From an uncultured Verrucomicrobiae bacterium (GTDB lineage Bacteria > Verrucomicrobiota > Verrucomicrobiia > Chthoniobacterales > UBA10450), in the NCBI GenBank assembly GCA_963846065.1, contig CAWJUP010000017.1:82048-106047 (forward strand): DNA of 24,000 nucleotides, in the 5' to 3' direction. This document shows, piece after piece, positions 15,359 through 24,000 of the stretch. The translations under genes and the position numbers were made by a program. Below the pieces are notes generated by a model that saw nothing but the letters and a program-made list of their open reading frames with translations, was not told where the DNA came from and did no database searches. Each line of letters begins with the position of its first letter. Within the stretch, counting starts at the first letter, position 1.

Positions 15359-16846
15359 TCACTTCAGATCCGTAAACAATCTCGGATGCTGTTCCTGCTC
15401 GGCCAGAGCCTTGGCGCGGTGCTCGCGCTTTTCCATAATGAATTTGTCGAGCGCGGGGTTGACGGGAAGGGGATATTCGCCGGTGAAACAGGCGAGACAG
15501 AATTCATTTCGCGGCCGGCCCGTGGCTCGCACCATTCCTTCGACGTCGAGATATCCCAGGCTGTCAACGCCCAGATATTTGGCGATCTCATCCATCGACA
15601 TCTGATTTGCGATCAATTTTTGCGGATCGGGAAAATCGATCCCGTAATGGCAAGCGAACCGGTGCGGTGGGCAACTGACTCGCATGTGCACTTCTTTGGC
15701 GCCGGCCTCACGCAGATTGACCACGCGGGCGCGTGAAGTGGTGCCGCGGACAATTGAATCGTCCACGACAACCACCCGTTTTCCGGCCACCATTTCTTTG
15801 ATCAGGTTCAGCTTCACCCGCACGTCGAAGTCGCGAATGAGCTGGCTCGGCTGTAGAAAGGTTCGGCCAATATAGTGATTGCGGACGAAAGCGTGCACGA
15901 ATGGAATCTTCAGTTGTTCCGCGAAACCGAGTGCGGCGTAGTTTCCTGAATCCGGAACGGGAACGACAATGTCGGCCTGGACCGGAAATTTTCGCGCCAG
16001 CTCCCGGCCCATTTCCAACCGAACACGGCCGACATTCTTTCCGCCTATGATGCTGTCCGGGCGCGCGAAATACACATACTCGAACATGCAGAAGGCCGGC
16101 TGCTGTGGCTCGAACGGGAACTCCGACCGCATGCCGTTTTCGTCGATGATCAACACTTCGCCGGGCTCAATGTCGCGGATAAATTCCGCGTGGATCAGAT
16201 CGAACGCGCAGGTTTCGGAGGCGAGAATGTAGGCGCCATCCAATTTGCCTAACGATAGCGGCCGCCAGCCGAAAGGATCGCGAACGGCAATCAGTTCGCG
16301 CTCGCTCATAATCAACAGGGAGAAGGCGCCTTCGATCTTGCGCAAGGCGGCCAGCACGTTGCCGCCGTTGTTCGACGGCTGCGCCAGCAAATGAAGAATA
16401 ATCTCGCTATCCGCCGTCGTTTGAAAAATTGATCCGCGTCGTTCGAGCTCGTCTCGTAACACGTCGGCGTTAATGAGATTACCGTTATGGGCGATCGCCA
16501 TCTGGCCGCGAACGCAATCGACCACGAACGGTTGCGCGTTTTTGATCGTGCTCGTGCCGGTGGTGGAATATCGGGTATGGCCGATCGCACGTGTGCCTTT
16601 CAACCGCTCGAGCGCATCTTGTCCGAACACCTGAGAAACCAATCCCATGTCCTTGTGCAGGAGAAATGAGCTCCCCGGGCCATTACTGGTGACGATGCCC
16701 GCGCTCTCCTGGCCGCGGTGCTGTAAGGCGAACAGACCATAATAAGTCAGGACCGCCGCGTTGGGATGCCCGAACACGCCAAAGAGTCCGCACTCGTGGT
16801 GCGGAAAGCAGGCAGCTTCGGTTGGCTCGCTCTGGTCCAGGGTCAC
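15359..16846 (-). CDS. purF: Amidophosphoribosyltransferase (glutamine PRPP amidotransferase)
   Basis: The catalytic Cys is in ECGLFGVFGH (Cys codon at 16790-16792), and YGLFALQHRGQESAGI and a PRTase motif (VVVVDDSIVRGTT) are present. No in-frame ATG lies between the upstream gene's stop and the Cys, so I take GTG 16846 (or TTG 16852) as the start. That implies an 18-20 aa propeptide. Confidence 0.9.
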   Translation of the reverse strand: MTLDQSEPTEAACFPHHECGLFGVFGHPNAAVLTYYGLFALQHRGQESAGIVTSNGPGSSFLLHKDMGLVSQVFGQDALERLKGTRAIGHTRYSTTGTSTIKNAQPFVVDCVRGQMAIAHNGNLINADVLRDELERRGSIFQTTADSEIILHLLAQPSNNGGNVLAALRKIEGAFSLLIMSERELIAVRDPFGWRPLSLGKLDGAYILASETCAFDLIHAEFIRDIEPGEVLIIDENGMRSEFPFEPQQPAFCMFEYVYFARPDSIIGGKNVGRVRLEMGRELARKFPVQADIVVPVPDSGNYAALGFAEQLKIPFVHAFVRNHYIGRTFLQPSQLIRDFDVRVKLNLIKEMVAGKRVVVVDDSIVRGTTSRARVVNLREAGAKEVHMRVSCPPHRFACHYGIDFPDPQKLIANQMSMDEIAKYLGVDSLGYLDVEGMVRATGRPRNEFCLACFTGEYPLPVNPALDKFIMEKREHRAKALAEQEQHPRLFTDLK

Positions 16847-16886
16847 ACCCAATAATCCACAAATTCGATTCGCATTCAATCGCTGG

Positions 16887-17208
16887 TTACAAACGGACTG
16901 CCTGCCAGACGGTTGCTTGCATTTGGCTCTGGCACGGCGCGTCGCCGAAGCGCTCCGCCAGTTGTTTTCCAACAGCCGCGATAACTTTTTCCGGATCGAC
17001 ACCGCGGGCAACGAGTTCCGATCCGACCGGGTTTCCGCGAACCAAGCCGGTCGCAAAATCCCTGGCCGACCCGCTCCGGCACGGTTTGGTCTCCAAAAAT
17101 GACTCGATTTTCGAAAATCCGGCCTGCTCCAACAGGGCGCGGATCACCGCTGCATCGTGAAAACCGAACGGCAGCTCGTAAAATTTCGGGGGATCATGAT
17201 CGAAAAAA
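16887..17208 (-). pseudogene. Class I SAM-dependent methyltransferase, C-terminal fragment (frame +1 relative to the N-terminal fragment)
   Basis: This is the tail of ORF 16887..17459: FFDHDPPKFYELPFGFHDAAVIRALLEQAGFSKIE...RGNPVGSELVARGVDPEKV...FGDAPC. It continues the N-terminal fragment if one T of the T6 run (A6 at 17203..17208 on the + strand) is removed. Confidence 0.7.
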
Positions 17209-17700
17209 CGACGCAATCGTCGTGTGCGCGACGTGAGCGGATAAGTTGGCGTCGAATGAATCCCAAACGTTAAAAAGAAAAACGCCGTCCCGGCGAAGGA
17301 CGCGATGCACTTGGCGCAGCGCCGCCGCTTTATCCGGGACAAACATGATTCCAAACTGACAGACGACCGCGTCGAACGAATCGTCCTGGAACGGAAGGCT
17401 CGACGCATCGGCCTGCTCCCAGCGCACATTTTCAGTTTTTTGGAACTTTGGTCGCGCAAATTCGAACATGTCTTTGTTCAAGTCGGTCGCCACGATTTCA
17501 GTTGTGGCCGGCAGGGCGTCGCGCAAACGTCTTGTCACAATCCCGGTCCCGCACGCAATTTCGAGAACGGAACCTGGCTTCCGATGCTTCAGTCGATCAG
17601 CAATGTCCTCGGCATACGGCTGAAAAAAAACGGGACCGAGATACCGGTCGTAATTTTCCGGAATCGAACCTTGAAAGAGGACGTTCTGGTCGGGTGCCAT
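17194..17700 (-). pseudogene. Class I SAM-dependent methyltransferase, N-terminal fragment (SAM-binding domain)
   Basis: 168-aa ORF with the SAM motif VLEIACGTGIVT, acidic-loop ATDLN, DAVVCQFGIMF and LRRDGVFLFNVW. It ends at a TGA 6 nt after a T6 run. Its ATG overlaps the purL stop as TAATG (17698..17702). Confidence 0.8.
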
Positions 17701-18164
17701 TATAAGCTTGGAACTCGTTCAATCGATTTGTCGCCTTGAACTGCTCGCGCGATGGAATTCCACCAGTCGTCGTACAGATCCGCGATCGGCCAGGAAAAAT
17801 TGTCGTCACCGACGCGGATACGAAGTTCATCTTTTCCAACCGTGCCGAGCCGGCCAAAGGAAACATCCGATTTGCGCAAAATCGTCATCGTTTTCTCAAG
17901 ATTTTGCGGAACGACCGATATGATGATGCGCGACTGCGCTTCGTGGAAAAGTATTTCGGCGGCGGTGGCAGGCGTGTCGCCTGCGCTGCCGGCCCATTGA
18001 TCAAGAACGACATTCGCCCCTGCCGGCTTTTGCGGATTGAAACACGATTCCGCCAACGCGACTGCAACTCCACCTTCGCTGCAATCGTGCGCGCTCTTGA
18101 CCAGTCCGGCAGTAATCAAGTCGCGCACTGCGGTTTGAACTTTGATTTCGTGATCGAGATCCAA
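17700..18164 (-). CDS. purL: Phosphoribosylformylglycinamidine synthase subunit PurL, C-terminal fragment
   Basis: LDLDHEIKVQTAVRDLITAGLVKSAHDCSEGGVAVALAESCF is the conserved PurL C-terminal region. The same frame stays open and PurL-like upstream ([20 protein letters not shown]) as far as a TAA at 18300-18302. Confidence 0.85.
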   Translation of the reverse strand: MDLDHEIKVQTAVRDLITAGLVKSAHDCSEGGVAVALAESCFNPQKPAGANVVLDQWAGSAGDTPATAAEILFHEAQSRIIISVVPQNLEKTMTILRKSDVSFGRLGTVGKDELRIRVGDDNFSWPIADLYDDWWNSIARAVQGDKSIERVPSL

Positions 18165-18202
18165 TCGCGGAACGGGTCCGGCTTTTCGCCCGAAGCAGGT
18201 TT

Positions 18203-20062
18203 TCAGAAATCGCGATGCACCAAGGTTAAAGCGGTCGCCGACCGCGGCGCGTCGGCGTCGGTCACAGCCCCAACCAGCAGGATGATATCGCCGGCATCTT
18301 TAAACCATTGGGTGGTAATGTGCTCCGGTTTGTCGATGAGCCCGACCATGCCAATGGTCGGCGTCGGGTCGACCACGCCGGCCGGGCTCTCATTATATAA
18401 AGAGACATTTCCGCCGGTTACCGGCGTCCCAAACGCCCGGCAAGCCTCGGCCGCGCCTTCCACGGCCTCCCGCAGCTGCCAAAAATTCTCCGGCTTGTAA
18501 GGATTACCGAAATTCAGATTATCGGTCACCGCCAACGGTCGCGCTCCCGAACAAGCCAGGTTTCGTGCGGCTTCTGCCACGGCAATCTTTGCACCTTCGC
18601 GCGGATCGAGCGCGCAGTAGAGCGAGTTACAGTCGGTCGTCGCGGCCAGAATTTTGTCAGCGTATTTCACATGAAAAACCGCTGCATCCGAACCCGGCTT
18701 GACCACGGTTCCGGTCCGAACGGTGTGATCGTATTGGCGATAAACCCAGTTCTTCGAAGCAATGTTGGGGTCGCGCAGGAGTTGGGAAAGAGCTTTGTGA
18801 TTGTCGATCCCCGGCGGTGACACGCGGGCCGCCTCTGCGGCTGAGACGGCCGCCTCGACCGCCGGTCGTTTCGCTTCCCGCGAGTACAATGGCGCTTCTT
18901 CGGCGAGCGGCTTGGCCGGAATTTCCGCGGCGATTGTTCCGTTGTTTCGGACGCGCATCATTCCGTCGTCGGTCACTCGCCCGATCTCCGCGCACGGTAC
19001 ATCCCACTTATCGAAAATTTCCCGGACGACATGTTCCTGACCGTGCTTGGCGATGATCAGCATTCGCTCCTGCGATTCGCTCAACAGGGTCTCGTAGGGA
19101 GTCATTCCCGGTTCGCGTTTCGGCACCTTGGCCAGGTCGATCTCGATACCGGTGCCACCGCGACTGGCCGTTTCGCACGTCGAACAGGTCAAACCGGCGG
19201 CGCCCAAGTCCTGGATGCCGGCAACGGCATCGCGCGCGAGCAATTCCAAACAAGCTTCCAACAAAAGTTTTTCTTTGAATGGATCGCCCACCTGAACGGC
19301 GGGCCGGTCCTTTTTCGATTCTTCCGTCAACTCACGTGAGGCAAAAGCGGCCCCGGCCAAGCCATCACGACCGGTTTCTGCGCCGACATAAAAAACCGGG
19401 TTCCCGACGCCGCGCGCCGCGCCGCGCGCGAGCTGCTCGTGACGCAGAACGCCAAGACAGAAAACATTGACCAGCGGATTGCCCTCGAAGCTTTCGTCGA
19501 AATAAATTTCACCGCCGATCGTTGGGATTCCGATGCAATTTCCGTAGTGAGCGATGCCGCTGACCACGCCGGTAAACAGTCGCCGGTTCGTCGCCAAATT
19601 CGGATTTCGAATTTTGGATTTCGAATTTTCGTCCGAGATCGGCCCGAATCGGAGCGAGTTGAGGCAAAATTCCGGTCGCGCACCCATGGTGAAAATGTCG
19701 CGAATGATTCCACCCACGCCGGTGGCCGCACCTTGGAACGGCTCGATCGCGCTGGGATGGTTGTGGCTCTCGATTTTGAAGGCAATCGCCCAGCCGTCAC
19801 CGATATCAACGACGCCGGCATTCTCTTCTCCGGCTTTGACCAGAATATTGGGGCCACTGGTCGGAAATTTTTTCAATTCTTTGCGTGAGTTCTTGTAGGA
19901 GCAGTGCTCGCTCCACATCACGGAGAAGATTCCGAGCTCGGTAAAATTCGGTTCGCGGCCGAGGATTTTTTTAATTCGGTCGAATTCTTCCGGCGTCAGG
20001 CCGTGCTCCGCCACCAGTTCAGGCGTAATTTTTGGATCGTGGGTCGGTGGGGCGCTCGGCAT
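18203..20062 (-). CDS. purL: Phosphoribosylformylglycinamidine synthase subunit PurL, N-terminal fragment (619 aa)
   Basis: [43 protein letters not shown] and the AIR-synthase-like repeats are present. After [16 protein letters not shown] the frame degenerates and stops at TGA 18203-18205, while the sequence continues in the -1 frame. Confidence 0.9.
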   Translation of the reverse strand: MPSAPPTHDPKITPELVAEHGLTPEEFDRIKKILGREPNFTELGIFSVMWSEHCSYKNSRKELKKFPTSGPNILVKAGEENAGVVDIGDGWAIAFKIESHNHPSAIEPFQGAATGVGGIIRDIFTMGARPEFCLNSLRFGPISDENSKSKIRNPNLATNRRLFTGVVSGIAHYGNCIGIPTIGGEIYFDESFEGNPLVNVFCLGVLRHEQLARGAARGVGNPVFYVGAETGRDGLAGAAFASRELTEESKKDRPAVQVGDPFKEKLLLEACLELLARDAVAGIQDLGAAGLTCSTCETASRGGTGIEIDLAKVPKREPGMTPYETLLSESQERMLIIAKHGQEHVVREIFDKWDVPCAEIGRVTDDGMMRVRNNGTIAAEIPAKPLAEEAPLYSREAKRPAVEAAVSAAEAARVSPPGIDNHKALSQLLRDPNIASKNWVYRQYDHTVRTGTVVKPGSDAAVFHVKYADKILAATTDCNSLYCALDPREGAKIAVAEAARNLACSGARPLAVTDNLNFGNPYKPENFWQLREAVEGAAEACRAFGTPVTGGNVSLYNESPAGVVDPTPTIGMVGLIDKPEHITTQWFKDAGDIILLVGAVTDADAPRSATALTLVHRDF

Positions 20063-20173
20063 CGACAGCGCACGTTAACTGGTCCTGTGCCCGGCTCAAG
20101 TCGCGAACACTCAATATTCGCCGAATAACCGGGGAAAAAGGGCGGTCTAACTTATAAACAGAAGGGAGTGAAG

Positions 20174-20365
20174 ATGAAGCGACTCATTGTCACCATTGCT
20201 GGCGCCATATCCTTGCCGTTGCTGTGGCCCGCGAGCGCCGGCGCGTTTCCGGGTGAACGAATCCCGTACCGGGCGGCCCACTTTGCCCGAAAGGTCGTTT
20301 ATAAAATCGACCAGCATGTGGTTCGTCCGACTCGGCATGCCGCCGTCCGACATCTGCCGGATTGA
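20174..20365 (+). CDS. Small secreted hypothetical protein (63 aa)
   Basis: ATG 20174 is preceded by GAAGGGAG, and GTG 20168 is an alternative start. The signal peptide is MKRLIVTIAGAISLPLLWPASAGA and the mature part is basic and His-containing. Confidence 0.5.
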   Translation: MKRLIVTIAGAISLPLLWPASAGAFPGERIPYRAAHFARKVVYKIDQHVVRPTRHAAVRHLPD

Positions 20366-20445
20366 TCACAACGATTTTTTTCTGCGCCTTTCGAATATTT
20401 GGCGCGCGAAATAAGTCGAACACTAAGCAACCAAGAAAGGAAACT

Positions 20446-20799
20446 ATGAAAAGTATCTTACTAACAACCGTTTGTGCGCTGGCTGCACAATTTGCTTTCG
20501 CGCAAACGAGCACCACCACGACTGAAACCACCACGGCCCAGCCGGTCACGACGAGCGAGACCACTACCTCGACGACCTATACCGCCGGGACCATCGACAG
20601 CTACGACGCCGGTAAAACGGTCGTGGTCAAAGATGAACATGGCGGACCAGTTCGGTTCGCTCTGGGCACCGCTGCCCGGATCGTTGATGGCGCGGGCAAA
20701 ATCGTCACCGCTCCGTTGCGGTCTGGTGACAAGGTGCGCGTTTATTACACCGGTAACGGTGACACTCGCACGGTGGAGCGCGTTGTCGTTGAACAATAA
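20446..20799 (+). CDS. Small secreted hypothetical protein with a Thr-rich linker (117 aa)
   Basis: Internal ATG 20446 is preceded by AAGGAAA. The signal peptide MKSILLTTVCALAAQFAFAQ is followed by TSTTTTETTTAQPVTTSETTTSTT, then a beta-rich C-terminal domain ending GDKVRVYYTGNGDTRTVERVVV. Confidence 0.7.
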   Translation: MKSILLTTVCALAAQFAFAQTSTTTTETTTAQPVTTSETTTSTTYTAGTIDSYDAGKTVVVKDEHGGPVRFALGTAARIVDGAGKIVTAPLRSGDKVRVYYTGNGDTRTVERVVVEQ

Positions 20800-20822
20800 G
20801 TAGCGCGAAAATTAACTCGGGA

Positions 20823-20850
20823 GCCACGGGATTCGGCAGGATCCCGTGGC
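20823..20850 (+). terminator. Candidate terminator hairpin
   Basis: Perfect 10-bp stem GCCACGGGAT / ATCCCGTGGC with an 8-nt loop. The downstream tract (TTCGTTCG) is only weakly U-rich. Confidence 0.4.
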
Positions 20851-20897
20851 TTCGTTCGCGCATTCAATTTTTTGGGTCAAAAAAAAGAAAGGGAACC

Positions 20898-21245
20898 ATG
20901 AAAAGGGTAATTATTGCAGTGGCGTGCGCTTTGACGGCGCCGTTGGTGATGGCGCAAACCACCACCGTCACACGTGAGACAGTCGTGCAGGAAATCACGC
21001 GGCTCGATTCGACGCATGTTTTAACGGTCAAGAGCGTGGCACCGGGCGAAAATATCTCCGTGCAAACCGCGCCCGAGACCAATCCGATTACGATCCGGCT
21101 CGACCACGCCGTGGCTTATGTGAATGGCGACGGCAAACCGATCGATCCAAGCTCGATCAATCCGGGATCGAAGGTCCGGTTGGAATTCTCCGGCCCGGGC
21201 GCGGATCGAATGGTCACTCGAGTGATCATGATCAATCCGAGATAA
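20898..21245 (+). CDS. Small secreted hypothetical protein (115 aa), paralogue of 20446..20799
   Basis: ATG is preceded by AAAGGGAA. The signal peptide MKRVIIAVACALTAPLVMAQ is followed by TTT. The C-terminus GSKVRLEFSGPGADRMVTRVIMI aligns with that of the preceding gene. Confidence 0.7.
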   Translation: MKRVIIAVACALTAPLVMAQTTTVTRETVVQEITRLDSTHVLTVKSVAPGENISVQTAPETNPITIRLDHAVAYVNGDGKPIDPSSINPGSKVRLEFSGPGADRMVTRVIMINPR

Positions 21246-21266
21246 GATTTCCGGCAGACATCTTCG

Positions 21267-21305
21267 AAGCCGCAAGGTCTCATCGATCCTGCGGCTTTTG
21301 TTTTT
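21267..21305 (+). terminator. Rho-independent terminator
   Basis: Stem AAGCCGCA(A)GG / CCTGCGGCTT (10 bp with one bulged A), 10-nt loop, followed by TTGTTTTTG. Confidence 0.6.
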
Positions 21306-21330
21306 GATTGAGCTGACCGAGATTAGCATC

Positions 21331-21837
21331 GTGGAGCTCAGCACGATCGCGAACATCGCAACGGCTCTGACGGTCATCACCGGAGTCGGGTTCGGATTGT
21401 TCGAGGCACATCGTTCCCGTCGCGCCCGGCAGGAACGAGCGGCCTATGCCGCAGTCCAGGCACTGTTATCGCCAGAGTGGATGAGATCCATGATCGCCGT
21501 GCACAATATTCCCGACAATTCGAAGGCGTGGGCGATTGAGGCTGATGCCAAGGTGCTTCATGCTGCGCACTCGGTTGGAGTGACGCTGGAAGGCATTGGG
21601 TATTCGGTTTACGCGCGAATTGTTCCGTTGCGGGTCGTGGCGGATCTCGTCGGCGGGACTGCTCGCCTGGCGTGGCGAAAGTTGCAGCCTTACATCGAAG
21701 AAGAACGCCGCCGGACTGGTTCCCAAAAAACGTTCGAATGGTTTCAATGGCTGGTGGTCCAGTTAGAGAAATATTCGCCGGGTAAGACAAACCTCGAGGT
21801 GGGAGCGCAAGAGGCTTATCGAAATTGGAAACCTTAG
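21331..21837 (+). CDS. Hypothetical protein with a single N-terminal transmembrane anchor
   Basis: This is ORF 21298..21837. The annotated TTG start lies inside the terminator tail, so I prefer GTG 21331 (VELSTIANIATALTVITGVGFGLFEAHRSRRARQ). The architecture matches 6917..7411, and the start is uncertain. Confidence 0.55.
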   Translation: MELSTIANIATALTVITGVGFGLFEAHRSRRARQERAAYAAVQALLSPEWMRSMIAVHNIPDNSKAWAIEADAKVLHAAHSVGVTLEGIGYSVYARIVPLRVVADLVGGTARLAWRKLQPYIEEERRRTGSQKTFEWFQWLVVQLEKYSPGKTNLEVGAQEAYRNWKP

Positions 21838-21882
21838 CCGCTGTTTGCGTTTGAGCTCTAAATCGCGGAAACTTTGTCCTTC

Positions 21883-23295
21883 ATGGCCTTTGATCTGAAA
21901 GAGATTATCGCTTCGCGTTTGGGAGAAAACTACCAGCTGCATGAGAAGCATTTGAATCGGACGCTGGTCCAGGCTCAGCGCGTGATCGGTTTCGATAAAG
22001 TCTATGCCCGGGCCGAAGGCGCTTATCTCTATGACATGGATAACCAGCCGTATCTCGATTTTTTGAGCGGCTACTCGGTTTTCAATATCGGGCGCAACCA
22101 TCCGACCGTGAAGCAGGCCATTCGCGACGTTCTCGATCTGGATCTTCCTAACATGGTGCAGATGGATTGTTCGCTGCTCAGCGGATTGCTGGCGGAAGCG
22201 GTCCTGAAGCGGACACCGCCGCATCTCGACGCGGTTTTCTTCTGCAATTCCGGCACCGAAGCCATGGAAGGCGCGATCAAATTTGCCCGGGCCGCGACCG
22301 GCCGCAAACGGATGCTTTCGTTAGCCAGCGCGTTTCACGGATTGAGCGTGGGTTCGCTTTCTTTGATGGGCTGCGAAAGTTTTACCGAAGGCTTCGGTCC
22401 GCTCATGGCAGGTTTCGAGAGGCGAGTGCCGCTGGATGATCTTGACGCGTTGGAGCGCGAGCTGAAATCGCGCGACGTGGCCGCGTTCGTCATCGAAACG
22501 GTTCAAGGCAAAGGATGCCAGACTTCGAAAACCGATTTTTTTGTCCGCGCGCAGGAGCTTTGCCGAAAATACGGAACCCTGCTGATCTCGGATGAAGTGC
22601 AGACCGGCCTGGGTCGGACCGGAAAAATGTTCGGCTTCGAGCATTGGAATCTCGAACCGGACATTATCACGCTGGCCAAAACTTTGAGCGGCGGTTACGT
22701 GCCCTGCGGCGCGATTGTGACCCGGCGCGAGATTTATCAAAAAACATTTTCACGCATGGATCGGTGTGTGGTTCACTCCACTACTTTCGGCCGGAACAAT
22801 TTGGCCATGGCGTGCGGTCTGGCGGCGCTGGAAGTCATCGACAACGAAAAGTTAGTCGAACGCTCAGCCAGAATGGGCGCGCTGCTCGCAGAAAAGGTGG
22901 AGGCATTGAAAACGAAACACTCGTTTATCAAAGAAGTCCGCGGGAAAGGTTTGATGATCGGGATCGAGTTTCACGAGCCGAGTGAATTCAAACTCAAGAT
23001 GGCCTGGAAACTTTTACATAAGATCGACAAGGTGCTATTTGCGCAAATGGTCGTGACTCAAATGCTGAGCAAACATCGCATTCTCACCCAGGTCGCGGGT
23101 CATGCGATGGATGTGATGAAAATTCTTCCGCCGTTAATCATTGGCGAAAAAGAAGTCGATCTGTTCGTGAACGCGCTCGACGACGTTCTCTCGGAATGCC
23201 GCAAGTTCCCCGGTCCGATGTGGGAGATCGGAAACAATTTCGTGAAAGCGGCGCTCGGCTCGCGCAAATCAGAAGCGAAGCCGGTGTCGGCCTAG
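21883..23295 (+). CDS. Class-III pyridoxal-phosphate-dependent aminotransferase
   Basis: ATG 21883 lies within ORF 21874..23295. The motifs FCNSGTEAMEGAIKFAR, ISDEVQTGLGRTGKMF and TLAKTLSGGYVP (PLP lysine) are typical of the acetylornithine/GABA/putrescine aminotransferase class. The substrate is not assignable. Confidence 0.85.
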   Translation: MAFDLKEIIASRLGENYQLHEKHLNRTLVQAQRVIGFDKVYARAEGAYLYDMDNQPYLDFLSGYSVFNIGRNHPTVKQAIRDVLDLDLPNMVQMDCSLLSGLLAEAVLKRTPPHLDAVFFCNSGTEAMEGAIKFARAATGRKRMLSLASAFHGLSVGSLSLMGCESFTEGFGPLMAGFERRVPLDDLDALERELKSRDVAAFVIETVQGKGCQTSKTDFFVRAQELCRKYGTLLISDEVQTGLGRTGKMFGFEHWNLEPDIITLAKTLSGGYVPCGAIVTRREIYQKTFSRMDRCVVHSTTFGRNNLAMACGLAALEVIDNEKLVERSARMGALLAEKVEALKTKHSFIKEVRGKGLMIGIEFHEPSEFKLKMAWKLLHKIDKVLFAQMVVTQMLSKHRILTQVAGHAMDVMKILPPLIIGEKEVDLFVNALDDVLSECRKFPGPMWEIGNNFVKAALGSRKSEAKPVSA

Positions 23296-23434
23296 CGGCC
23301 AGGATTTTCGTCCCGCCAGATTTGTCGTTGTCGATCTTTTGATCGAGGCATACGTTTCGATCGGAATAGCTGTCGGGTAGCCGCCTGATATTTGTCGGGA
23401 AGCTGCTATCCCTTTAAAGAATGGAGGATCTATT

Positions 23435-24000
23435 ATGAGCACCGCCGTCGCGCAGGAGAAGACCACCAAGCTGAATCAGCTCGAGCAGCTGAAGAAATTT
23501 ACCAAAGTTGTCGCCGATACCGCCAACTTTGAAGAATTTAAAAAATTCAAACCGCAAGATGCGACCACCAATCCGAGCCTGGTGTATGCCGCAACTCAAA
23601 AAGAGCAATACGGGCATTTGATCGAAGAGGTTTTGAAGGACCGAAAAAATTCGGGCCTCAGCGGTCAGGCGCAGATCGAAGATATTTGCGATCATCTTCT
23701 GGTCGAATTTGGGACCGACATTTTGCAGATTGTCCCGGGTCGTGTTTCGACCGAGACCGATGCACGATTGTCTTACGACGTGGAGGGTTCGATCAAAAAA
23801 GGGCGGCAATTGATCAAACTCTATGAAGATAGAAAGATCCCGCGGGAGCGCGTTTTGATTAAAATCGCGTCCACGTGGGAAGGATTGAAAGCCGCCGAGC
23901 AGCTGCAAAAGGAAGGGATCTTCTGCAATCTGACGCTGATGTTCTCGCTGCCGCAGGCGGTCCGCGCGGCCGAAGCAAAGGTTCAATTGATTTCACCGTT
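23435..24000 (+). CDS. tal: Transaldolase (5' part; 3' end beyond the window)
   Basis: ATG 23435 is preceded by GGAGGA. The translation [50 protein letters not shown]...[48 protein letters not shown] matches classical TalB-type motifs. It is not in the ORF track because it runs off the window. Confidence 0.9.
   Translation, partial: MSTAVAQEKTTKLNQLEQLKKFTKVVADTANFEEFKKFKPQDATTNPSLVYAATQKEQYGHLIEEVLKDRKNSGLSGQAQIEDICDHLLVEFGTDILQIVPGRVSTETDARLSYDVEGSIKKGRQLIKLYEDRKIPRERVLIKIASTWEGLKAAEQLQKEGIFCNLTLMFSLPQAVRAAEAKVQLISP

Noticed and set aside
17736-18500. 254-aa plus-strand ORF.
   Set aside because: It is antisense to purL and its translation is Arg/Ser-rich with no motifs.
20063-20167. purL 5' leader, and the region upstream of the glyA ORF (857..987), examined for purine, ZTP or THF riboswitch-like sequence.
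   Set aside because: I could not find the conserved cores, for example the ZTP GGGTCGTGACTGGCG...CCGCCTGGGCA pattern or purine riboswitch loop motifs. Only a weak 5-bp hairpin is present.
23414-23986. 190-aa minus-strand ORF at the right edge.
   Set aside because: It is an antisense shadow of the transaldolase gene, whose plus-strand translation has unmistakable Tal motifs and a GGAGGA RBS.

Overview
This window is 24 kb of mostly housekeeping bacterial chromosome at roughly 55% GC by eye. Gene content and repeat style weakly suggest a PVC/Verrucomicrobia-like bacterium, which I cannot check here.

I can support about 30 genes:
- a partial glyA ORF that is continuous in frame with an upstream LMW phosphatase domain
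- an LpxL-family acyltransferase, an L,D-transpeptidase lipoprotein, ispH and ku
- DoxX, a dienelactone hydrolase, and a DUF885-like protein followed by a lipoprotein
- an Asp/Glu racemase, tRNA-Val(UAC) and a MaoC dehydratase
- two tandem aldo/keto reductases
- a minus-strand purL - methyltransferase - purF - purM operon
- three small secreted proteins, a class-III aminotransferase and a partial transaldolase

I see no CRISPR array, transposase, integrase, prophage or recognisable defence module. I do not find a convincing multi-gene novel system.

The items most worth a second look are:
1. the stop-less LMW-PTP::SHMT reading frame
2. a ~550 bp mosaic of hairpin-rich repeat modules between ispH and ku, with a diverged copy of one module 10 kb away that shows a compensatory stem change
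3. a 169-aa protein with 16 cysteines built from two copies of an 8-Cys module
4. two independent frameshifts in adjacent genes of the pur operon (purL and the embedded methyltransferase)
5. a cluster of three small secreted proteins, two of them paralogous

All calls rest on my own reading of translations and motifs. No database search was run.
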